DNA of 32,029 bases from a plasmid: the sequence record NZ_CP094937.1; one strand, given 5' to 3'. Positions 25,268-32,029 of the stretch are shown here, piece by piece. Position 1 is the stretch's first letter. Each line of letters starts with the position of its first letter. The notes beneath the pieces were generated by a model that saw only the letters and a list, made by a program, of their open reading frames with translations, made no database searches and was not told the DNA's origin. Position numbers and translations under genes: made by a program.

Positions 25268-25299
25268 GTGTGTTCCTCACTTATCTTTGAATTAATTAT

Positions 25300-26049
25300 T
25301 TATACTGTTTTATAAACCTCAAATGTTTTATAAGATTTATCAATTATATCTCCAAAGCTACTATCATATTGTTCAGGGTAAGTATAATTAAAAGTATATA
25401 TAGTGTTATCCTTAAACTTACCATATTCATAGTAAACATTATCATTTTCTTTGTAAGAGATAGCATACCAATCGTCTCCATTATTTTTATATAAAATCTC
25501 CTTATCATTATATATATTAGTAATATCTTTAGGTGAACTATCATCTAGTAAATACATATAACCTGTCGTAAATTCAATTTTTCCATCCTTACTTTTAAAT
25601 CCAATTCCTTTTTGATTATCAGGAATAGTTGAAACTTCTAAAAAACTTGGATAATCAACAGATACACCACATATACTGACTTTATTGTATTCTATATTAT
25701 TTGATATATCAGTTATATTTAATGGATCTTCTCCTATTAAATATCCATATGCATTCTCGTATGATGTATTTTTCACTTCTCTAGCTTTTATATCCCATGG
25801 GGTTTCCCCAGATTCAATAGCTATAATTTTGCCTTTATTTTCAGTTTTTATTTCATTCTCCTTATCTTTGTCAACTTCTTTCTTATCCTCAATTTTTTCT
25901 TTATGGTTGTTCTGTTGACTTGTGCTTGCAAGTTTCTTCTCTTTAATATTGCTACCTTCATTTTCATTTACATTCTTATTTTCACACCCTATAAAAATAA
26001 TTGCTGTTATTAAAAGTATTACTATCAAAACATTCCTTTTACCTGTCAT
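25300..26049 (-). CDS. Lipoprotein (signal peptide with lipobox IFIGC), K/E-rich linker
   Basis: MTGKRNVLIVILLITAIIFIGCENKN... Confidence 0.6.
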   Translation of the reverse strand: MTGKRNVLIVILLITAIIFIGCENKNVNENEGSNIKEKKLASTSQQNNHKEKIEDKKEVDKDKENEIKTENKGKIIAIESGETPWDIKAREVKNTSYENAYGYLIGEDPLNITDISNNIEYNKVSICGVSVDYPSFLEVSTIPDNQKGIGFKSKDGKIEFTTGYMYLLDDSSPKDITNIYNDKEILYKNNGDDWYAISYKENDNVYYEYGKFKDNTIYTFNYTYPEQYDSSFGDIIDKSYKTFEVYKTV

Positions 26050-26318
26050 AATCTACACCGCCTTTTTATTTTTGGAAATTATTGACATTTAATTTTATCA
26101 TACTTACCTATGTATTAAAACACATAACAAGCTTATCTATCAGGTATTTCCTACAAAATTTTCCATAAAAAAACACCTACTTTATAAGTAAGTGTCTATA
26201 CATTTAGCTTTATTTTTCTAACTTAACAATAGTTCCATAAATAATTCTGATATAATTTAAATTTCACATAAAATATTCCATATGTTTTGTACAACTTTTC
26301 TTATATTTATTTTTAATC

Positions 26319-26924
26319 TTATTTTTTTGATTCATATTCCTTCACTCTTCTATAGAACGTATTACTTTTTAACTCTAAAATATCCATTGCTTTAACAGCT
26401 GTAATTTGTCCTGCTTTCCATTCTTTATAAACTTCCTCAAATTTTTCTCCTGGATCGATTTTGCGTCTACCAAACTTAATACCTTTTTCTCTTGCTATTT
26501 TAATACCTTCTCTTTGTCTTTCTTTAGTTCTAAGCCTTTCATCCTCAGCCATATAGCTTAAAAGTTGAAGTATTATATCTGATATTAAATTCTCTAGTCC
26601 GTTCATGTCCTTATACTTTGTTGTATCTAAAAGTGGCATGTCCAAAATTACTATGTCTACTTTTTTTACCTTAACTAATTCATTCCACTCATCTAATATC
26701 ATTTGTTTGTTTCTTCCGAGCCTGTCTAATGATTTTATATATAATACATCGCCTTCTCTAAGCATCCTTTTTAAAAGTTGATACTCAGGTCTTTTAAAAT
26801 CTTTTCCACTTGCAACTTCTAGAAATATGTATTCTTCTTCAATGCCCAATTTTTTAGCTTCTACAATTTGTCTTTCTAATGTCTGATCTTTGGTGCTTAT
26901 CCTTGCGTAAAAAAACTTTCTCAT
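26319..26924 (-). CDS. Serine recombinase (resolvase/invertase family; YARISTKDQ active site, C-terminal HTH)
   Basis: MRKFFYARISTKDQTLERQ... is the canonical resolvase/invertase N-terminus. Confidence 0.85.
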   Translation of the reverse strand: MRKFFYARISTKDQTLERQIVEAKKLGIEEEYIFLEVASGKDFKRPEYQLLKRMLREGDVLYIKSLDRLGRNKQMILDEWNELVKVKKVDIVILDMPLLDTTKYKDMNGLENLISDIILQLLSYMAEDERLRTKERQREGIKIAREKGIKFGRRKIDPGEKFEEVYKEWKAGQITAVKAMDILELKSNTFYRRVKEYESKK

Positions 26925-27155
26925 ACCCTTTTATCCTTTCAAGTGTCATTTTCTATTTCAATAAGTATACTATCATTTTGAAATGTTGCAAATAAAAATT
27001 TGTCGAATTTTTGAATATTAAAAAACAAAAGAATAAACCCCTTTCAAAAAGTAGACTTTTTGACGCACACAGTTTATGTCTTTTGCGTGAATGGTAGTTT
27101 TTTAGGTATAAATGGTATGCTTTCAAATAATCAGTTTAAATATATATATAAATAA

Positions 27156-27191
27156 TAAAAAAATGAAGAACTATTGCTCTTCATTTTTTTA
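27156..27191. terminator. Bidirectional intrinsic terminator (ATGAAGA/TCTTCAT stem flanked by an A-run and a T-run)
   Basis: aaaaaaatgaagaactattgctcttcattttttt. Confidence 0.6.
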
Positions 27192-27214
27192 CTTAATCTT
27201 AAATTATATTATAA

Positions 27215-28027
27215 CTATATAATATTTCTTATTGTTTCAATCTCTTCTATCGTTAAATCTGTAAGATCTCTTATAGTTTCGTTATCCATTCCCTTTAATA
27301 TAGCTTTTTTGGCTATTTCTATAGCTTTCTTTTTTTCACCAACTTCTTTTCCTTCTTCAATAAGGCTCTTTCCTAATTCAGTCACTCTAAGTTCCTCCTT
27401 TACCTTTTCTAAATCTTTACCACTTAAAAATTTATTAGCAAAAGCATATAAAATAGATTCCATATCTCTTTTATATGGACTAGTTATTTCTTTACTTAAC
27501 TTTATAGCCTTTAAGATCTTTTCGCTTTTATCCATTTTTCCACCCATAACTGGTGTAAATGTAAGTTTTATAATATCTTGTTTATCTATATCATTCCCAC
27601 AAGATAACTTCTCTATTATTTCATCAAATACTTTATCTCCATCTTCATTAATCATAGATATAGCATTTACCTTATAAGTATTCATACCGCAATTATATTC
27701 ACTAACAGGATTTTTTATATCGCCTGAGTAAACAACATATGTAGTAACCTTCTTTTTAGTTTGATGGTTAAGCAGCGCTTCATAAGTTCTAAATCTCATT
27801 AAGTCATCTACACCCTTGTTAGTAGTTTGAAATTCGAAATGTATGTAACTATCATCTTCCATTAAGAAAGTATAATCCATATACATATTCTTACTGTCTA
27901 AAACAACTAATTCAGTTGGCCCAATATCTTTTACTTTTTTATCTATTCCAAAGAACTTAAGACCTTCTTCTGCAAAAATATCCATTGCTCTTTTCATTAT
28001 AAAATCTTCATAATTTGGCTTTTTCAT
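27215..28027 (-). CDS. Rpn/YhgA-like (Transposase_31, PD-(D/E)XK) recombination-promoting nuclease
   Basis: N-terminus MDIFAEEGLKFFGI... and C-terminus LIEEGKEVGEKKKAIEIAKKAILKGMDNETIRDLTDLTIEEIETIRN are typical of the Rpn family. Confidence 0.65.
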   Translation of the reverse strand: MKKPNYEDFIMKRAMDIFAEEGLKFFGIDKKVKDIGPTELVVLDSKNMYMDYTFLMEDDSYIHFEFQTTNKGVDDLMRFRTYEALLNHQTKKKVTTYVVYSGDIKNPVSEYNCGMNTYKVNAISMINEDGDKVFDEIIEKLSCGNDIDKQDIIKLTFTPVMGGKMDKSEKILKAIKLSKEITSPYKRDMESILYAFANKFLSGKDLEKVKEELRVTELGKSLIEEGKEVGEKKKAIEIAKKAILKGMDNETIRDLTDLTIEEIETIRNII

Positions 28028-28074
28028 TAGTTCACCGCCTTTAATTAATTATATCACCTTATTTATTAAAATAC

Positions 28075-29166
28075 CTACCAAAACACGTCCATTTCGTTCT
28101 TATGAGCTACATCTTCTTTTTCTTCTAACTTATATTCAACTATTTTATTATCCAAACAACCTTTGAAAAACTTGTATGAACTAACTTTAATAATTTCTAC
28201 ATCATCTCTCTCCAGAGTTATAGATACTGCATCATCAAAAGCTTTTTCCATGTATTCGTTTTTAAAATCAATATTTCTAAAATCCTTCTTAAAACTTCTT
28301 AAAGTCCCCTTAGTAAATATATCTTCATCTGGAACTAAAAACTCAAATTCACTAATTTTATCATTATCTACATTGTCACTAGAAATATCATAGTTTGATT
28401 TAAATGTTCTCTCTTCTTTATTATCAAAAATAGAATTATCATTAGTAAAATACTTTCTCTTGTCCAAATCTTTAACGTAAAAGTCAATAGAATCAACTTT
28501 TCTACCAACTTTATTTTCCTTAAAATCTATCTCAAAATATCCCGTTTCATTAAGTTCTTTTATAGCAGGAAGAATAACTCTTCTTTTAAAATTTCCGTAT
28601 TCAGGATAACTTTCATCTAATTGAAGATACATTTTTAAATCCTCTAAACTATAATTTATTACTGATTTTGTTCCACTCCAAAGTCTAAGAAGATCATATA
28701 ATCTTTGCGAATAATAATTTTTCATACTAAATAATGCTGCTAAATTAGCTGGAGTGTATCCTGTTTGCAAGTAATTATTTAATAAATCATAAATTTTTTC
28801 AGATGCTTCAATTTTAAAAATTTTCCTCTCATCATCATATGTAAAACCATTTAAAAATCCATACTCTCCCCAAATAATTCCTTTTTTATTTTCTTTTTCT
28901 TCCATAAAAAATATACTTTTCTTTCTTAATGAACTTAAAGATTTAGAAATATTCTTTATCGTCTTATCTTTTGCATGTTTAATTATTTGCTTAAATTCAT
29001 CATGTGATATCTCACAACTTAAAACTCCGTTACTTTCCTTTTGAAGTTTATACATCATAAGTAAAAAAATTCTATTTTCAACTAGTGTTAAACTATATTT
29101 GGCTTGAATAAGTAAATTGTTTTTCATCAATATTTTAGGATTTTGAATATCTCTATAATCATTCAT
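28075..29166 (-). CDS. rep: Rep_3-family theta-replication initiator
   Basis: N-terminus LLIQAKYSLTLVENRIFLLMMYKL matches the Rep_3 signature, and iterons lie immediately upstream. Confidence 0.75.
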   Translation of the reverse strand: MNDYRDIQNPKILMKNNLLIQAKYSLTLVENRIFLLMMYKLQKESNGVLSCEISHDEFKQIIKHAKDKTIKNISKSLSSLRKKSIFFMEEKENKKGIIWGEYGFLNGFTYDDERKIFKIEASEKIYDLLNNYLQTGYTPANLAALFSMKNYYSQRLYDLLRLWSGTKSVINYSLEDLKMYLQLDESYPEYGNFKRRVILPAIKELNETGYFEIDFKENKVGRKVDSIDFYVKDLDKRKYFTNDNSIFDNKEERTFKSNYDISSDNVDNDKISEFEFLVPDEDIFTKGTLRSFKKDFRNIDFKNEYMEKAFDDAVSITLERDDVEIIKVSSYKFFKGCLDNKIVEYKLEEKEDVAHKNEMDVFW

Positions 29167-29220
29167 ATTAATACCTCTTTATATAATGTTTATATTAACT
29201 ATAAATTTACAATTTAAAAA

Positions 29221-29336
29221 TGTCAACTTAAATTAATTGACATTTTTATCAATTCCAAAGTGACATATTAAAATTCCAATCTGACATTTTAAAGTTCCAA
29301 AGTGACATATTAAAATTCCAATCTGACATTTTTACT
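29221..29336. repeat. Replication origin: palindrome AATGTCAA...TTGACATT followed by four 21-bp iterons (TTCCAAAGTGACATATTAAAA / TTCCAATCTGACATTTTAAAG, repeated as a 42-bp tandem duplication)
   Basis: Read directly; it lies directly upstream of the Rep_3 gene. Confidence 0.8.
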
Positions 29337-29516
29337 ACTTTAAATCGCAGTATTTCCAAAGCTTTAAGCTATGTCTAAATACTTTAAATACTATTAAATA
29401 ATTCTTTTAAATACAGTAAAGACTAGTAAAGGTAATTTTTCTGTTCTAATCTGTCCTATTTTCAAACACAATACTTTATTTATAACTATAAAATGTGCAA
29501 CAAAAAATTCACTTCG

Positions 29517-29557
29517 TTTGAGCGACTATGTCTGCGAATCATTTCATGTCGCTCAAA
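29517..29557 (+). other. GC-rich hairpin (TTTGAGCGAC, 21-nt loop, GTCGCTCAAA). Its first half recurs at 31675..31704, and the adjoining block AAATTTCATGGCGTCAACG recurs inverted at 22249..22270
   Basis: Read directly. Confidence 0.5.
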
Positions 29558-29655
29558 TTTCATGGCGTCAACGTCCACTCGGTAAACTCGTGTCCCGTTA
29601 CTTAAACGACTTAGTCCATTGCGCAAAAAAGACACATATTCTTATGTGCCTTTTA

Positions 29656-29973
29656 TTAATATAAAGATATAGCATTTTTAAAACTTTCAAATTCCCTTTT
29701 CATTTTTTCTAAATCTACATTATCTCCAACATTTTCTATAAACTTAAAATCTAGAAGTAAATTTATATTATTGTTTAAATCCTCTCTTGTCCACCCCTTA
29801 GGCTCCATAAGCTCATATATATACTTTATATCTATTCCACCTTCAAAATTCGATATAAGGGCATATACAAGTCTATTATCTATATTTAATACATTAACTA
29901 AGCTATCATTTACCATAACAACATTATTAATGTTTTTATACATTAAATCTATTCTGATATTTTTAACTACCAT
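29656..29973 (-). CDS. Hypothetical protein (105 aa)
   Basis: AAAGGGTGA RBS. No recognisable motif. Confidence 0.45.
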   Translation of the reverse strand: MVVKNIRIDLMYKNINNVVMVNDSLVNVLNIDNRLVYALISNFEGGIDIKYIYELMEPKGWTREDLNNNINLLLDFKFIENVGDNVDLEKMKREFESFKNAISLY

Positions 29974-30019
29974 ATAATCACCCTTTTCAATATTTAATTT
30001 TAATTCATAACTCTTCTTA

Positions 30020-30200
30020 TAAGGTCAATTTCCTCAATAGATAAGTCCGTAAGATCTCTTATAGTTTCATTATCCATTCCTTTTAAAATTGCCTTCTTTA
30101 CTATCTCTATAGCTTTTTCTTTTTTTCCTTCATCTATTAAACTTTTTCCTAACTCAGTCACTTTAATTTCTTTCTTTACTTTTTCAAATCTTTTATACTT
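30020..30200 (-). pseudogene. Fragment of a second Rpn-family nuclease gene (C-terminal ~60 codons), homologous to 27225..27420
   Basis: Nucleotide alignment: ...gtaagatctcttatagtttc(g/a)ttatccattcc(c/t)ttta... and ...ctttttcc(t/c)aa(t/c)tcagtcact... are shared. Confidence 0.6.
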
Positions 30201-30261
30201 AAAAAATTATTTATTACCTTAAATTTTTAACATCTAATATTCGTATATTAATTAAGGTTTT

Positions 30262-30897
30262 TTATTTTATATTATCATAAAACTTAATGTATTGATTTAA
30301 TATGTAATTCAATAACTCTTGTTGCGTTACACCACTTTCTTTTAAGTCCTCTGCTATTCTTTCGAATCCTTTTTGAACTTCTAAATCAAGTTTCAAAGTC
30401 TTAGCTCTATAATCCCTTTTCCCTTGCTTAAAATTGTATATTTCTTTTACTATATCTTCTTTAGTCTCCATATTACTTTCCGTAATATCTTTGTAATATT
30501 CGTTTGATCCATCTAATAAAGCTTTTATTCTATCTGCATTATCCATTAAATATGTTAATCTATCTTTTTGATTATTTGTTATCTCTAAATTAGTTGTAAT
30601 ATTGTTTATTACTGGAATATTATTGTTTGGCTCCGGGGTAGTTTTCGTATTACTTTCTGTAATATTACTGTAATATTTCTTTTGTTCCCTCGCTTCAACC
30701 TCAGCATTTTCAAGTATGTACTGTTTTTTACTCTGGCTATATTTATATCCAGCTTTACTAAAATTTTTACTTATAGTCTTTCTAGAAATCCCTATTTCTT
30801 CAGAAAATGAAGTTAATGTTTTTCCTTCTTTTAAGATGTTATTTACGTATTCTATTTGCTCGAATATATCTATATTTTTAAACTGTTCTTTATTCAA
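30262..30897 (-). CDS. HTH-domain protein (N-terminal HTH LTSFSEEIGISRKTISKNF), putative plasmid regulator; contains a repeated ITESN motif
   Basis: Motif read directly. The function is inferred only loosely. Confidence 0.45.
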   Translation of the reverse strand: MNKEQFKNIDIFEQIEYVNNILKEGKTLTSFSEEIGISRKTISKNFSKAGYKYSQSKKQYILENAEVEAREQKKYYSNITESNTKTTPEPNNNIPVINNITTNLEITNNQKDRLTYLMDNADRIKALLDGSNEYYKDITESNMETKEDIVKEIYNFKQGKRDYRAKTLKLDLEVQKGFERIAEDLKESGVTQQELLNYILNQYIKFYDNIK

Positions 30898-31052
30898 GTT
30901 TTCACCTCCTGTAAATATTACTTATTGTAATATTATATATTACTTCTCTATGTCTTTCTGTATGTTTTTTATAATAATATAAATTTATAAAAAAGTTTTT
31001 AATTATAATTCCTATTAACATATAGGTTTTAATTTATAAATACATAGGAAAA

Positions 31053-31089
31053 GAGTTGAAGTAGGATAAAAAAATTCCTACCTCAACTC
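31053..31089 (-). terminator. Intrinsic terminator on the minus strand (14-bp stem GAGTTGAAGTAGGA/TCCTACCTCAACTC, T-rich tail), upstream of 30262..30897
   Basis: Read directly. Confidence 0.5.
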
Positions 31090-31870
31090 TCTACATTTAA
31101 ATATTATACGGTCAATCTCATGGGTCAATTCTGATCTCACAGCTTGAAGTAAAAAACACTTCAAACTGTAATGCCAGAAATACAAATATCTATATTTTAT
31201 TTTCCAACTAGATACTAATAATTTAATTTCTCTAGGCTTAATTTAACTAACTTTTTAATATTACTTTTTGTAATATTTTCGTATTACTACTTGTAATATA
31301 TGATATTACTTTTATATTACTGTATATGTACCTATTGATATAACTTCATCTTATCATTTTTATGGAGTTTGGCTTTCGCCACCGCGCTTTACGCTACAAT
31401 CTTTTTAGTAAAAAACACTAAAAAGGATTTTCACTTCAATCTCTAACTCAAAATCATCGTTCCATCACAATTTATATCTCTTTTAAAATTATATTAGTTT
31501 TAAATTTTTTACTTGTATATGACCTTACGGTCGTGCCCCTCTGACAAATCCTTAAAAGCACTTACACATCTCCGCCGATAACATATTTCACATACATCAT
31601 ATTACATATCATGTATTTTCATATCTTATAGCTCCATGTGTTCGTAACTTTTTAAGGATAGCCATTTGAGCGACTACGTCTGCGAACCACTTCACTCCCA
31701 TACGCCCAATGCCCTAACCTAATATTTGTATTACATACTTCCAATGAAACTTATACGACCTTCACATTTTGTATAACCAGCTAAATATGTTAATTTAAAT
31801 TTCTATATTTAATAATACTACTAGTAAAATCAACTTGGTTACGGTATGAAACTACTTTCGTGGTATCACG

Positions 31871-31903
31871 CATTGGATAAAACCGTTGCTCCGCTATCCA
31901 ATG
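31871..31903 (-). other. Second copy of the conserved-loop hairpin, inverted: stem CATTGGAT/ATCCAATG with the identical 17-nt loop
   Basis: The reverse complement of its loop equals the loop at 1425..1441. The stem sequence differs but still base-pairs. A second shared block TACCGTAACC lies about 30 nt away in both copies. Confidence 0.6.
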
Positions 31904-32029
31904 TTAGTACAACACTAGCTTTTAAGAAGTACTCTATATCTAAAATATATGTTTTTTCAACACAAAAATAGAGTAATAATTTTATATTATTACCCTACCT
32001 AAATTAATATTTATCTTGTAACTATTTTA

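Noticed and set aside
25344-25918. ORFs 25344..25544 (-) and 25685..25918 (+) within the lipoprotein gene
   Set aside because: They are alternative or antisense frames of the 249-aa lipoprotein ORF with low-complexity composition.
29221-29336. Possibility that the regular 21-bp repeats are a CRISPR array
   Set aside because: The units are contiguous with no spacers, only four are present, they carry the TGACAT cores typical of Rep-binding iterons and they abut a Rep_3 gene. There are no cas genes in the window.
27174-30982. Plus-strand ORFs 27174..27677, 28163..28393, 29771..29977 and 30716..30982
   Set aside because: They are antisense to the Rpn nuclease, Rep_3, 29656..29973 and HTH-protein genes respectively. 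All are S/L/I/F-rich frames without RBSs.
31360-31760. ORF-free, relatively GC-rich 400 bp that could be a structured RNA gene (group I/II intron, tmRNA or rRNA fragment)
   Set aside because: I could not recognise any defining motif (no group II domain V, no tRNA-like acceptor, no rRNA signature). It is reported only as part of the conserved-block finding, not as an RNA gene.

Overview
Very AT-rich (about 25-28% GC) window that reads as a mosaic plasmid or phage-plasmid region from a low-GC Firmicute, most likely a Clostridium. What the sequence supports: (1) A theta-type replicon: a Rep_3-family initiator gene (28075..29166, -) with four 21-bp iterons just upstream (29253..29336). (2) A type Ib-like partition cassette: deviant-Walker-A ParA (6008..6814, -) translationally coupled to a small partner (5642..6007, -), with AT-rich palindromic/repeat arrays at 4971..5022, 5606..5643 and 6830..6960. 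(3) A second putative replication gene with a primase-polymerase-like core (RLPGTINSK motif) and a C-terminal HTH (20860..22149, -). (4) A complete Tn3-family transposon (14242..18758) with 53-bp terminal inverted repeats (1 mismatch) and a 5-bp target-site duplication ATATA, carrying tnpR (15121..15699), tnpA (15725..18679) and a GNAT acetyltransferase passenger (14356..14862). It is inserted in-frame into a membrane-protein gene whose two halves (13833..14241 and 18764..19878) rejoin cleanly in silico. A third, solo Tn3-like end lies at 23121..23149. (5) A second serine recombinase (26319..26924). An Rpn/Transposase_31-family nuclease (27215..28027) plus a decayed C-terminal copy (30020..30200); the two copies bracket the Rep_3 module as direct repeats. 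(6) A DUF1659-DUF2922-YvrJ small-gene trio (2190..2931), with a decayed second copy at 5077..5403 next to pseudogene fragments of the Mor-like regulator and of parA. (7) Other genes: a CwlC-like amidase with a SPOR domain, a WG-repeat membrane protein, lipoproteins, and a Mor-like small regulator. (8) The most unusual gene is a 1049-aa protein (7107..10256, -) fusing an N-terminal RelE/ParE-toxin-like domain to a UvrD-like SF1 helicase core and a C-terminal TPR-like region. A small acidic ORF sits 90 bp upstream (10347..10658). I propose this pair as a candidate undescribed defence/abortive-infection module. Also present: a 36-bp motif in four copies (two of them upstream of minus-strand genes and two at module junctions), a covarying hairpin with an invariant 17-nt loop near both window ends in inverted orientation, GC-rich conserved blocks shared between intergenic regions, a perfect 24-bp-arm hairpin, and a 272-bp element flanked by perfect 21-bp inverted repeats. 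No rRNA, tRNA or CRISPR array was recognised. All domain calls come from motif recognition by eye, not database searches.
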